Part shown: positions 1 through 9,761 of the stretch, in pieces
Layout: each line of letters begins with the position of its first letter
Position numbering within the stretch: position 1 is the first letter of the stretch
From: a bacterium
GTDB taxonomy: Bacteria; Zhuqueibacterota; Zhuqueibacteria; Zhuqueibacterales; Zhuqueibacteraceae
Direction of reading: 5' to 3'
DNA length: 64,000 nucleotides
Assembly (NCBI GenBank): GCA_044869275.1
Contig: JBIOXB010000075.1
Location: 1 to 64,000 of the forward strand
Program-made: the position numbers and the translations under genes
The notes under the pieces: model-generated
Told to the model about the DNA's origin: nothing
Databases searched by the model: none
The model's input: the letters and a program-made list of their open reading frames with translations, nothing else

Positions 1-1
1 C

Positions 2-952
2 GAAGACGGCGTGCGCACGGGCGTGACCGCCATCCTGCCGCGCGGCCGCAAGGCACTCGAGCCCGTGTTCGCCGCCTGGTTCTCGCTCAACGGCAACGGT
101 GAAATGACCGGCACCACCTGGGTGGAAGAATCCGGATTTCTCGAAGGGCCGGTGATGATCACGAACACGCACAGCGTCGGCGTCGTGCGCGATGCGGTAA
201 TTGCGTGGCAAGTCAAGCAGAGCCAGATGCAACAGTCCTGGGGCTTGCCGGTGGTGGCGGAAACTTGGGACGGCTGGTTGAATGACATCAACGGCTTTCA
301 CGTGAAGGAGCAACATGCCTGGGACGCGCTCGCCAGCACCAAATCCGGCCCGGTGATGGAGGGCAACGTCGGCGGGGGCACCGGCATGATTTGCTATGAA
401 TTCAAAGGCGGCATCGGCACTTCGTCGCGCAAGCTGGCGGAAAAAAGCGGCGGCTACACGGTGGGCGCACTCGTGCAGGCCAATTTCGGGTTGCGCAGAC
501 AGTTGCGCATTGCCGGCGTGCCGGTGGGACAGGAAATTCTCGAGGGTGCCTATCGCGAAAGAGAGACGGGATCCATCATTATCGTCATTGCCACCGACGC
601 GCCGCTGCTGCCGCATCAACTGAAAAGATTGGCGCGCCGTGCTGCTCTGGGCGTCGCGCGCACGGGCGCCACCTCTGGCAATGGATCAGGAGATATTTTC
701 ATCGCCTTTTCCACGGCAAACTTGGAAGCGGCGCAAGCGCGCGAGGTTGCCAGCCTCAGCATGCTCCCCAATGAACGCATCAATCCGATTTTTGAAGCGA
801 CGGTGCAAGCGACGGAAGAAGCCATCATCAATGCCTTGATCGCGGCGGAAACGATGACCGGGATCAATGGCCGCAAAGTGGTGGCGCTGCCACATGAACG
901 GCTGCGCGAAGTCATGAAGAAATATGCAAGATTACAGAGCCAGAGCCAATAA
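2..952 (+). CDS. dmpA: DmpA/P1 (S58) family L-aminopeptidase/D-esterase, 5'-truncated by the window edge
   Basis: Motifs VRTGVTAILP, EGNVGGGTGM, FKGGIGTSSR, GS|II autoproteolysis site and GSGDIFIAFST. The frame is open to the window start. Confidence 0.85.
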   Translation, partial: EDGVRTGVTAILPRGRKALEPVFAAWFSLNGNGEMTGTTWVEESGFLEGPVMITNTHSVGVVRDAVIAWQVKQSQMQQSWGLPVVAETWDGWLNDINGFHVKEQHAWDALASTKSGPVMEGNVGGGTGMICYEFKGGIGTSSRKLAEKSGGYTVGALVQANFGLRRQLRIAGVPVGQEILEGAYRERETGSIIIVIATDAPLLPHQLKRLARRAALGVARTGATSGNGSGDIFIAFSTANLEAAQAREVASLSMLPNERINPIFEATVQATEEAIINALIAAETMTGINGRKVVALPHERLREVMKKYARLQSQSQ

Positions 953-989
953 ACGTGCAACAAGGCTGAGTTGCAACCCAACACGTTAT

Positions 990-1038
990 TTACGTCTTAT
1001 GAATTACGCATCACGTCTTACGTCTTGCGCATTATTCA
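990..1038. repeat. Degenerate 7-bp periodic intergenic array
   Basis: Units ttacgtc, ttatgaa, ttacgca, tcacgtc, ttacgtc, ttgcgca, ttattca. Confidence 0.7.
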
Positions 1039-1047
1039 GCTCGCAAT

Positions 1048-2403
1048 ATGAATTCCTCTTCACCCGATCTCATCATTCATAGCCGCCGCGCGGTCACGCC
1101 GGAAGGTGTGCGCGAAGCGTCAATTCTGATCAAATCCGGCAAGATTGTCGAGGTCATTGCCGGCGCGCCGAAGTTCGCCCAATGTCCCATCGAAGAGGTC
1201 GGCGACTTGGCCGTCATGCCGGGCGTGATCGACGCGCACGTGCATATCAACGAGCCCGGTCGAACGGATTGGGAAGGATTCGAAACCGCGACGCGCGCGG
1301 CAGCAGCGGGCGGTGTGACCACGCTCGTGGACATGCCGCTTAACAGCACGCCTGTCACCTCCACTCTTGCCGCGTTCGCGCAAAAGCTGGCTGCCGCGGC
1401 AGGCAGGCTGTGGGTAGATTGCGGCTTTTATGCCGGCCTCGTTCCCGAAAACAGCCGCACGATCTTGCCGCTACTGCGCGCCGGGGTACTGGGAGGTAAA
1501 GCTTTTCTGATTCATTCGGGCATTGATGATTTTCCCAATGTGACGGAAGCAGATCTTCGGGACGCCATGCCGATGCTCGCGAACGAGGGTATGCCTCTGC
1601 TCGTGCATGCGGAGCTGCAGAAGGATCAAGCCACGTGGCGCGATGATCCGCGCAGCTATCCGGCTTATCTCGCTTCACGCCCGAAGTCATGGGAAAACGA
1701 CGCGATCACGCTGATGGCCAAACTATGCCGGGAATATCATTGCCGGGTGCATATTGTCCATCTGTCTTCCGCCGAAGCGATTCCCCTCTTGCAGCAAGCG
1801 CGAGAAGAAGGATTACCGATTACCGTTGAAACCTGCCCCCACTATTTGTTTTTTTCAGCGGAGGAAATTGCCGAGGGCGACACGCGCTTCAAATGCGCAC
1901 CGCCCATTCGCGAACACGAAAATCGCGAGCGGCTTTGGCAAGCGCTGCAAGCGGGTGTGATCGACTTTATCGCCTCTGATCATTCCCCTTGCCCGCCGGA
2001 GCTCAAGCTGCTCGAAGCCGGCGATTTTCAACGCGCGTGGGGCGGTATCGCCTCTCTGCAATTCATGCTGCCCGTGGTGTGGACCGCCGCGCGTGCGCGA
2101 GGATTCTCGCTGTTGGAAATGGCGAGATGGCTGTCACACGGGCCGGCCACGTTCTTGGTGTGGCATGGGCAAAAGGGCGTCATTGCGGCCGGTTTTGACG
2201 CCGATTTCGTGATTTGGAATCCGGAGTCAAGTTTCAAGGTGACTGCGGATATGATTCATCATCGTCATAAAGTCACGCCGTATGCCGGGCGGCAACTCCA
2301 CGGCATAGTGGAAATGACTTTTCTACACGGCAGAAAAATTTACGAAAGCGGCCGTTTTGTCGCCGGGCCGTCGGGAAATCGAATCATGTTGCAACCCACG
2401 TAA
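1048..2403 (+). CDS. allB: Allantoinase (metal-dependent amidohydrolase)
   Basis: DAHVHINEPG, KCAPPIR, SDHSP, AWGGIASLQ; purine catabolism gene context. Confidence 0.93.
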   Translation: MNSSSPDLIIHSRRAVTPEGVREASILIKSGKIVEVIAGAPKFAQCPIEEVGDLAVMPGVIDAHVHINEPGRTDWEGFETATRAAAAGGVTTLVDMPLNSTPVTSTLAAFAQKLAAAAGRLWVDCGFYAGLVPENSRTILPLLRAGVLGGKAFLIHSGIDDFPNVTEADLRDAMPMLANEGMPLLVHAELQKDQATWRDDPRSYPAYLASRPKSWENDAITLMAKLCREYHCRVHIVHLSSAEAIPLLQQAREEGLPITVETCPHYLFFSAEEIAEGDTRFKCAPPIREHENRERLWQALQAGVIDFIASDHSPCPPELKLLEAGDFQRAWGGIASLQFMLPVVWTAARARGFSLLEMARWLSHGPATFLVWHGQKGVIAAGFDADFVIWNPESSFKVTADMIHHRHKVTPYAGRQLHGIVEMTFLHGRKIYESGRFVAGPSGNRIMLQPT

Positions 2404-2405
2404 GA

Positions 2406-2594
2406 TGTCGTTCTGAAAGAATCTTGGTCAGAGGTGCCGAGGGTGCTTTCACCAAGATTCAGACTGTGTGAAAACCCGAGAATGCCGCACCCTGAGCTTG
2501 TCGAAGGGTGCTAAGCTCAATAATCCGGCTTCGACAAGCTCAGCCGGCGTTGAAACCAGACGTTTTCACACAGTCTGATTCTTTCAGAATGACA
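2406..2594. repeat. REP-like palindrome interrupted by a MITE
   Basis: Left arm TGTCGTTCTGAAAGAATCTTGGT (2406-2428) pairs with a right arm split into ACCAAGATTC (2451-2460) and TTTCAGAATGACA (2582-2594). Confidence 0.75.
2461..2576. mobile_element. 116-bp MITE-like non-autonomous element
   Basis: Perfect 15-bp terminal inverted repeats AGACTGTGTGAAAAC (2461-2475 and 2562-2576), flanked by direct repeat GATTC (2456-2460 and 2577-2581). Internal 15-bp palindrome CTGAGCTTGTCGAAG/CTTCGACAAGCTCAG. Confidence 0.75.
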
Positions 2595-2652
2595 CGTACT
2601 GAGTTGTACTGTGTCGAACTGTGTGTGCTAAACCAGGCGGAACGAAATTACA

Positions 2653-3684
2653 ATGTCTGCATCAATAAGCCCTGCAATTGCCACATTCACCGGCCTTATC
2701 GATCTCGCCGCCGAGCGCGTGGGCGGACAGGCGCTGCATGCGAATGACGAATTCTTTGCGCCGAAGGAGAACTTGCTCAAGCCCGGTCGCGGCGTTTTCA
2801 TTCCGGGCAAATACACCGAAAACGGCAAATGGATGGACGGCTGGGAAACGCGGCGCAAGCGCGGGCTGGGTTTTGATCATTGTATCATCAGGCTCGGCAT
2901 TCCCGGCGTCATCAAAGCCGTGGACATCGACACCAACCATTTTCTCGGCAATCATCCGCCCTATGCTTCACTTGAAGCGTGCCATGTGAATGGAAAACCC
3001 TCAGCAAGAATCTTAAGGGCTGCGAAAACTGCATGGACAACGATTTTGTCGAAATCTGCGCTCAAGCCCGGTTCGCAAAACTTGTTTGCGATATCCAGTG
3101 ATCGCCGCTGGACGCACATTCGCCTCAACATTTTTCCCGACGGTGGCGTCGCCCGGCTGCGTGTTTATGGCGCAGCCGTTCCAGATTTTACGCGCTTCAA
3201 ATCCGGTGAATTGCTCGACCTCCTGGCCATAGAAAACGGCGGCCTGCCGCTGGCTTGCAGCGATATGTTTTTCAGCCCGATGGAGAATCTCATTATGCCG
3301 GGCCGTGCCCTGAATATGGGCGAGGGCTGGGAAACACGGCGGCGGCGCGGGCCGGGCTTTGATTGGATCATTTTGAAAATGGGAGCGCCGGGTTTCATTA
3401 AACGTATCGAAGTCGATACCAATCACTTCAAAGGCAATTTCCCAGACACGTGTTCGCTCGAGGCATGCATGAGCAAGGCCCGTGCCGGCGACGATCTCAC
3501 CAAGCCGGAAGTCCATTGGACGGAGGTTCTCGCCAAAACAAAACTGCAGGCGCATACGCGCCATTTCTTTGAAAAAGAATTGCGCACCGGAGGCCCATTT
3601 ACACACGCGCGCTTGAATATTTTTCCAGACGGAGGCGTGAGCCGGTTGCGGCTGTGGGGGGTGTTGGCGGGGAATGAAAAATAA
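2653..3684 (+). CDS. alc: Allantoicase
   Basis: Two allantoicase repeats (DGWETRR and EGWETRRRR; DTNHF; PDGGV.RLR). Confidence 0.95.
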   Translation: MSASISPAIATFTGLIDLAAERVGGQALHANDEFFAPKENLLKPGRGVFIPGKYTENGKWMDGWETRRKRGLGFDHCIIRLGIPGVIKAVDIDTNHFLGNHPPYASLEACHVNGKPSARILRAAKTAWTTILSKSALKPGSQNLFAISSDRRWTHIRLNIFPDGGVARLRVYGAAVPDFTRFKSGELLDLLAIENGGLPLACSDMFFSPMENLIMPGRALNMGEGWETRRRRGPGFDWIILKMGAPGFIKRIEVDTNHFKGNFPDTCSLEACMSKARAGDDLTKPEVHWTEVLAKTKLQAHTRHFFEKELRTGGPFTHARLNIFPDGGVSRLRLWGVLAGNEK

Positions 3685-3704
3685 TCGGCGACTTCATCAC
3701 ACAA

Positions 3705-4226
3705 ATGGAAAAATCTATGCATTTCGCTCAGCTCAACCGTCTCGACTCCCAAACAGCCCAAGCGGAACTCCTGCGCTGCTGTGGCGCTTCGCGCTGGGTG
3801 AAGGAAATGGCCTCGTGCCGCCCGTTTCACGACGAAACGAAGTTCTTCGCGGCGGCAGATGAAATTTGGTGGCAACTCTCGCCGGAGGATTGGCGCGAAG
3901 CCTTCTCGCATCATCCTCGCATTGGTGGCCTCGATGGCCTTCGAAAAAAATTCACCAGCACACGAGAATGGTCCATGGGCGAACAAACCGGCGTGCAGGA
4001 AGCAGCCGAGGACGTGCTCAAAGCACTGGCCGCAGGCAATACTGCTTATGAAGAAAAATTTGGCTATATTTTCATCGTGTGCGCCACCGGCAAAAGCGCG
4101 GAAGAGATGCTCGCCATTTTGCAGCAGCGTTTGCCGAATGATCCTGCCGTGGAGATCAAGATCGCGGCGGAGGAACAAAGCAAAATAACCAGAATTCGCC
4201 TGGAAAAACTTTTGGCGAATGAGTGA
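3705..4226 (+). CDS. uraD: OHCU decarboxylase
   Basis: EAFSHHPRIG, S.GEQ, YEEKFGYIFIVCA, EQSKITRIRL; the start could be 3717. Confidence 0.92.
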   Translation: MEKSMHFAQLNRLDSQTAQAELLRCCGASRWVKEMASCRPFHDETKFFAAADEIWWQLSPEDWREAFSHHPRIGGLDGLRKKFTSTREWSMGEQTGVQEAAEDVLKALAAGNTAYEEKFGYIFIVCATGKSAEEMLAILQQRLPNDPAVEIKIAAEEQSKITRIRLEKLLANE

Positions 4227-4250
4227 TACAAAAATCGAGGCCAAGCCTTC

Positions 4251-5696
4251 ATGAACACTTCTCTCCCTCCGGAAGCGGTGCGCGCCGTTCTCGGCCGCTT
4301 GCACGAAGCCAACCATGCTTTCGCCCAAATCTATCCCGGTGAGTCGGCGGCGCGGCAGCCGGTGCACACGGTCTATGGCGGCGCGCAATTGTTCAAAGCC
4401 GATGCCGCGCAAAAACTCGGGGCCGCGGCATTGCGCACTTTACAGGAGCATGCCCCGAATTTTGTCGCGCTCGCCAAAGCATTCGGCTTGCGCGGCGCAG
4501 AGCAATTGCCCGAGGCGCAAGCCCAGATCGTGGCTCTGCAAAAAAAACTCGCGACGGATGCCGAAGCGGTTCACCGGGAGAACGAGCCTGCCTGGCTGGC
4601 TCACACCGTTTACTCGCGCGTGCTCGAAAAGCTGCAACGCGAGCCAGTGGAGGACTTGCGCATCGACTTCGAGGACGGCTATGGCAATCGCCCGGATGCG
4701 GAGGAAGATGGCCATGCCGCGGCAGCGGCGGAAGAAGTCGCGCGCGGCATGAGTGACGGCCTCCTGCCACCCTTCCTTGGCATCCGCATCAAACCGCTCA
4801 CGGAAGAACTAAAAGCGCGGAGCGCGCGCACGCTCGATATTTTCGTCTCCACATTGGCGGGGCGCACTGGCGGGAAACTACCGGAGCATTTTGTTGTGAC
4901 CCTGCCGAAAGTCACAATGCCGGAGCACGTTGCGGCCCTGGTGCAATTGTACGAAAGGCTTGAAACCAATGCCGGCCTGGCTTCGGGCGCGCTGAAGCTG
5001 GAGATCATGGTCGAAACCACGCAGTCCATCATCAATCCTCAGGGCTATTGCTCCTTGCCTTCTTTCGTCACCGCGGCGCAGGGGCGCTGTGTGAGCGCGC
5101 ATTTCGGCGTGTATGATTATACCGCCGCGAGTAATATCACGGCGCCGTACCAAAGCATGGATCACCCCTCATGTGATTTCGCGCGGCACATGATGACGGT
5201 CGCGCTGGCGGGCACGGGGATTTGGCTCTCCGACGGCGCCACCAATGTCATGCCCATCGGTCCGCATCGCGCCCTTCCCAATGGCCCGCCCTTGACCGCA
5301 GCGCAAAGGCGCGAGAATCAACTCGCCGTGCATGACGCCTGGCGACTGGGTTATGGTCACATCGCGCATTCGCTCCGGCATGGCTTCTATCAAGGCTGGG
5401 ATTTGCACCCCTCGCAGTTGCCGGTGCGTTACGCGGCCGTGTATAATTTCTTTTTGGAAGGGCTGGACGCGGCTTCGCAGCGCTTGAAATCATTCGTGGC
5501 AAAAGCGGCACAGGCGACTTTGCTGGGTGCCGTGTTCGACGATGCTGCCACCGGACAGGGCCTGTTGAATTTCTTTTTGCGCGGCATCAACTGCGGCGCG
5601 ATCACAGAAGAAGAGGCTTTGGTCACGGGCTTGACGCTGGAAGAAATCCGCGGCAAGTCGTTTGTCAAGATCTTGCAAGCGCGGCGGGGGCAGTGA
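4251..5696 (+). CDS. HpcH/HpaI/CitE-superfamily aldolase/lyase-like protein (DUF6986-like)
   Basis: RQPVHTVYGGA, DLRIDFEDGYG, VTLPKV, HFGVYDY, SDGATN, QGWDLHP. Confidence 0.75.
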   Translation: MNTSLPPEAVRAVLGRLHEANHAFAQIYPGESAARQPVHTVYGGAQLFKADAAQKLGAAALRTLQEHAPNFVALAKAFGLRGAEQLPEAQAQIVALQKKLATDAEAVHRENEPAWLAHTVYSRVLEKLQREPVEDLRIDFEDGYGNRPDAEEDGHAAAAAEEVARGMSDGLLPPFLGIRIKPLTEELKARSARTLDIFVSTLAGRTGGKLPEHFVVTLPKVTMPEHVAALVQLYERLETNAGLASGALKLEIMVETTQSIINPQGYCSLPSFVTAAQGRCVSAHFGVYDYTAASNITAPYQSMDHPSCDFARHMMTVALAGTGIWLSDGATNVMPIGPHRALPNGPPLTAAQRRENQLAVHDAWRLGYGHIAHSLRHGFYQGWDLHPSQLPVRYAAVYNFFLEGLDAASQRLKSFVAKAAQATLLGAVFDDAATGQGLLNFFLRGINCGAITEEEALVTGLTLEEIRGKSFVKILQARRGQ

Positions 5697-5700
5697 AAAA

Positions 5701-5794
5701 AGATCGAGGATAGTAGATGGTGGATGGTAGATGGAAAAAGCAACAGCGAGACGTCCTGTCTTCGATTCTATAATTTCTATTCCTGATTTTTCGA
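5701..5794. repeat. Degenerate 7-bp periodic intergenic array
   Basis: agatcga, ggatagt, agatggt, ggatggt, agatgga, followed by a pyrimidine-rich, loosely inverted array. Confidence 0.6.
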
Positions 5795-5820
5795 ACCAAG
5801 GCTTCGCTGGGTAAACAATA

Positions 5821-6168
5821 ATGAAGAGTTTCATAACTACTCATGTGCTCGACACGAGTCGTGGGCGTCCTGCTGCCGGCGTGCGAGTCGTCTTGGCAAG
5901 GCAGATTGAAAACGACGCGTGGCAAGAGCTGGGCCAGGGCTCGACCAATGACGATGGCCGCGTAAGCGATCTGTTGCCGGCGGACAGTTCGCTCGCCGCT
6001 GGCGTGTATCGTTTGACGTTCGAAACCGGTGCTTATTTTCGCGCCTTGGGCTTGCGCAGTTTTTATCCCTATGTTAGCGTCGTTTTTGAAATCGCGGACT
6101 CTTCTCAGCATTATCACGTGCCATTACTGCTGAGCCCGTTCGGATATTCGACGTATCGCGGCAGCTGA
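5821..6168 (+). CDS. uraH: 5-hydroxyisourate hydrolase (transthyretin-like)
   Basis: ITTHVLD, DGR, HYHVPLLLSP and C-terminal YRGS. Confidence 0.96.
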   Translation: MKSFITTHVLDTSRGRPAAGVRVVLARQIENDAWQELGQGSTNDDGRVSDLLPADSSLAAGVYRLTFETGAYFRALGLRSFYPYVSVVFEIADSSQHYHVPLLLSPFGYSTYRGS

Positions 6169-6273
6169 AGAACAAAAGCCGGGTCAGCTAGCGCAATTGG
6201 TCCCAATTGCCTGCGCCGATTTTCAAACAAGATTTGAATTGTTTTCCAACTTCCAGCCCGCAAGGGCAAATTC

Positions 6274-7146
6274 ATGAGGCCCGAGATGTCCATTACCCTG
6301 TCACACAACTGTTATGGCAAGTCTTCCGTGCGCGTGGCAAAAGTCACTCGCCACGCCGATCATCACGACTTGAAAGAAGTCGCCGTCAACATGCAGTTCT
6401 CCGGAGCATTCGAACAAGTCTACTGTGAGGGCGATAATCGCACGGTTTTGCCAACGGACACCATGAAGAACACCGTTTACGCATTGGCCAAGAAGCATGC
6501 ACTGCGCACGATTGAAGAATTCGGGCTGGCACTGGGCCAACACTTTCTCGCGCACCATCCGCAAATTGCAAGTGCCACCGTCGAGCTGATTGAAACGCTT
6601 TGGCAGCGCATTCCATCTTCCCCGGCGGGAAAAGTCGAGCCGTTGCCCGCGCATGCGTTTGTAAGCGCGGGCCGGGAGCAACGCACGTGCTGCATTACTC
6701 AGCGCCGTGATCAGCTTGCAGTCGAATCCGGGCTCAAAGACCTGCTCATCCTCAAAACGACCGGCTCAGGCTTTGCAGATTTTTTATCCGATCAATATAC
6801 CACTCTGCAAGACACACATGATCGGATATTGGCGACGAGCCTGGACGCGAGCTGGCGATATCGAGACCCCGCAAACGACTACGACCATTGTCATAACCTG
6901 ATCCGCCAAACGTTGATGGAAACGTTCGCCCGGCATCAAAGCCTGTCGGTGCAGCACACGCTCTATGCCATGGGCGGAGCTGCGCTCGAAAAATGCCATG
7001 AGATCGTTGAAATCCACCTCGTCATGCCGAACAAGCATTATCTCCTGTTCGATCTCACGCGCTTCAGCATGGAGAATCAAAATGAGATTTTCGTGCCGAC
7101 GGACGAGCCGTTCGGCCGAATTGAGGGAACATTAAAGAGAAATTGA
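6274..7146 (+). CDS. pucL: Urate oxidase (uricase)
   Basis: YGKS.V, PTDTMKNTVY, LKTTGSGF, SVQHTLY, MPNKH, EPFGRIEG; the start could be 6286. Confidence 0.94.
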   Translation: MRPEMSITLSHNCYGKSSVRVAKVTRHADHHDLKEVAVNMQFSGAFEQVYCEGDNRTVLPTDTMKNTVYALAKKHALRTIEEFGLALGQHFLAHHPQIASATVELIETLWQRIPSSPAGKVEPLPAHAFVSAGREQRTCCITQRRDQLAVESGLKDLLILKTTGSGFADFLSDQYTTLQDTHDRILATSLDASWRYRDPANDYDHCHNLIRQTLMETFARHQSLSVQHTLYAMGGAALEKCHEIVEIHLVMPNKHYLLFDLTRFSMENQNEIFVPTDEPFGRIEGTLKRN

Positions 7147-7259
7147 TTGGGTGGGCGGATTGACGCTGCGCGGAAGATGCGGAAAGGCATTCACCTCAGC
7201 GCTGATTTGGCCTCGTGCACCAGAACGGTCCGCTGCATTGCTGCTTCTGGCTTCGTGTT

Positions 7260-8651
7260 TCACCGCGCAGGATTGATCCAGCGCTGCCAATCATTATCCT
7301 GCAGCTCGCCGCGTGCGCTGGAATGCACGAGTTTGAATTCTCCCCAACTGTTGACGTCGACGAACACAAACTCCACGCCGCCTTCGATTTGATAATACTT
7401 CCATATTTGGTATGGCCGGTTTTCGCTGGTGCTGGGAAAGCGCTCGACTTCGTCCGCTTGGCCGTAAACTAACAAGACGCGGCCCATATCCGTCTCCACG
7501 CCTTTGCGCAGGCCGGAAAAATATTCGTTGGCAAACCTGGCGCGATTGAGATAATCTTCACGAAATTCGTTGCGCGGCGTTTGCGGCGTGCGGTCGCGCG
7601 GCTGCCAAAATTTGACAAAAAAGTCCCGTTTGCCTTCATCATTAAGTGAAGCATAGATTTTTTGCTCTTCTTTCGTGGCCAAATAACGCACCGCTTTGAA
7701 CTCTTCATTCAATTCATCCGGCGTGCGCTGGCGATAAGTCGCCAGCATGAGCTCCAGCCCAGCGTCCAAACCACCGCCTTCGACCGGCAGCGATTCGTCT
7801 TCGCGGTAAACGAAAAACTTGCGGCGGCGCACTGCTTCTTTCTGCGTGGCATGATCGACGACGCGCAACTCCAGGAAAAAAGTTCCCAAGGGCAAGGACA
7901 CCACGTTGACAGCGCCCACTTCCACCAATTGCCGGCCGTACACAGCCCGGCGTTTGGCCGGCAGCGTTTTGACTGCACTGCCCTGCCCATCGAGAATGCG
8001 ATAGGTCACGGAATACGCACTATCGTTGGGAAACGTAAGATTATAGATTTCGGTATAGGCATACAGCATGGGCAGTCCCGGGCCGTAGGTGGCAGCGGGA
8101 TTGGGAATGACAGTGTAGTGATTCTTGAAGAAAAGCGAGAGCGTCGTGTCCTTCATCAGGCGCGCCGAGATTTCGATGTCGCTCAACGCCAAATTTTCCA
8201 TCTCGAAATTTTCGACCGGAACCGCCAAAGTTCTTGTCCCGGCATTGCCGCTGCGCGGATCGCGCACCTGTACCTCGAATTGATACTCCCCCACCGGCAA
8301 TTGAAAATTCGCCTGTGTGTACAGCACTTGATTGGGCCGGATTTCAGCAGTGTCTTTCGCCGGTGAATGCGCCACCCAGGCATGCGTGACCAATTGGCTG
8401 TCGCCGCGCGAAATCACCACACGCGATTCAAACGAGGCGATGAGGCCTCCATCTTCCGGAACGAAGAGCAGTTGGGCGCGCGGCACGCCGACGTAGAGCT
8501 CGACATGCGCGGCCAAAGCGTTGATGCGGAACCGGGCATAGTCCACGGCAAATTGCAGGGTAGAATCCGGTGTGCCACCGGCAGTGGCAGCCGCCGGCGG
8601 AGGCCAGAGGGCGGCAAGAGCAGCGACAAGAAGGTAGAGCTTGCTGAGCAT
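7260..8651 (-). CDS. GWxTD domain-containing secreted protein
   Basis: Signal peptide from MLSKLY (8651). FW..RD.TP.TP.NEF and G(V)ETDMGRVLLVYG (GWxTD variant). Confidence 0.8.
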   Translation of the reverse strand: MLSKLYLLVAALAALWPPPAAATAGGTPDSTLQFAVDYARFRINALAAHVELYVGVPRAQLLFVPEDGGLIASFESRVVISRGDSQLVTHAWVAHSPAKDTAEIRPNQVLYTQANFQLPVGEYQFEVQVRDPRSGNAGTRTLAVPVENFEMENLALSDIEISARLMKDTTLSLFFKNHYTVIPNPAATYGPGLPMLYAYTEIYNLTFPNDSAYSVTYRILDGQGSAVKTLPAKRRAVYGRQLVEVGAVNVVSLPLGTFFLELRVVDHATQKEAVRRRKFFVYREDESLPVEGGGLDAGLELMLATYRQRTPDELNEEFKAVRYLATKEEQKIYASLNDEGKRDFFVKFWQPRDRTPQTPRNEFREDYLNRARFANEYFSGLRKGVETDMGRVLLVYGQADEVERFPSTSENRPYQIWKYYQIEGGVEFVFVDVNSWGEFKLVHSSARGELQDNDWQRWINPAR

Positions 8652-8725
8652 AATGATTGAAGATAAAAGACCAAATTCGAATGGCAAGAGCGAAAGAGTT
8701 GACGGGGTTGTGGCGTGCGCTCCGA

Positions 8726-9709
8726 CTAGTGACTTGCGACCTGCGCCGCCCGCAAGTCATCGAGGAATCTTATGCCTGCACAAAACTCTTTCCAAAACTG
8801 CAGTGGCGCCTGCTGCATGACCGGCAAACCCAGCTCCTGGAAGCAGCGCACTACAAAATGAGAAGCGACATCGTCCGACCGCCGGACAAAAATCTCGGCA
8901 AAGGCTGCAAAATTCCGCCACCAGCCGCGGCGGTCGCGGCCGAAGAGCGCGAGCGTTTCATCAAAAACCAGCGCGGCTAAATTGAACGGCGCCAGCGGCC
9001 AGATGCGGCCATCGGGCATGTGCGCCACCAGCTCGTGCCCGCGCCACGCGAATACCGGCGAAGAAAAAGCAGAAATCTCCGGCAATTGCAACATGACCAG
9101 CGGATGCAAATGCACCCAATTGCCAAAGCGCACCAAAATGCGCGCTTCCCACAAGCGCCGCAACGCGCGATTTTCAGCACGCGAAGCTTGAAAATCCGCA
9201 GGCAGTTTCGCCGTGGGCCAGCACAACTGCTGGCGCAAACTTTTCGTCTCCTCCTGGCCGCTGAGAAACAGCGACAACAAGAGTTGAATCGGCCACTCGC
9301 CCACGCGCTCACCATACCAACTGATCAGCCGGTCTTCTTGCAAAGCGCGATAGAAAAGAAAATCATCGGCGAAGAAACGGCTGGACATCAGGGCGGAATT
9401 GCCGGAGCGCACGACGCGGCGCCAAAGCCACAAGCGCATCTGCTCGCGGGTATGGGCCCCCGCTAGCATTTTTTCCAGTTCGGGATAATCCGAAGCGAAA
9501 TATCTTTGCAAAACTTCCCACAGGCGCGCGATAACTTCTCGCTGGTTGGCTTCGGAATGGCCATAGCTCTGCAGCAATTTGGCAAAGACCACCTGGCTAT
9601 TTTGCTTTTTGGCCGCCGCGGCGATTTCGGCATACGCTTCCCGCGAACGCGCCAGCACGGGCAACTCGTTTTCGCTCCAAATCTTTGCCAAGAAGTCAAT
9701 TTGATCCAT
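8726..9709 (-). CDS. Hypothetical protein (327 aa)
   Basis: Long ORF with SD (AGGAG) and a sigma70-like TTGTGT-N17-TATCCT upstream; no recognised motif. Confidence 0.6.
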   Translation of the reverse strand: MDQIDFLAKIWSENELPVLARSREAYAEIAAAAKKQNSQVVFAKLLQSYGHSEANQREVIARLWEVLQRYFASDYPELEKMLAGAHTREQMRLWLWRRVVRSGNSALMSSRFFADDFLFYRALQEDRLISWYGERVGEWPIQLLLSLFLSGQEETKSLRQQLCWPTAKLPADFQASRAENRALRRLWEARILVRFGNWVHLHPLVMLQLPEISAFSSPVFAWRGHELVAHMPDGRIWPLAPFNLAALVFDETLALFGRDRRGWWRNFAAFAEIFVRRSDDVASHFVVRCFQELGLPVMQQAPLQFWKEFCAGIRFLDDLRAAQVASH

Positions 9710-9761
9710 TCTTTTTGCTCCTGATAGGATAGCAAATTTTCACTTGATACACAAGAATTGC

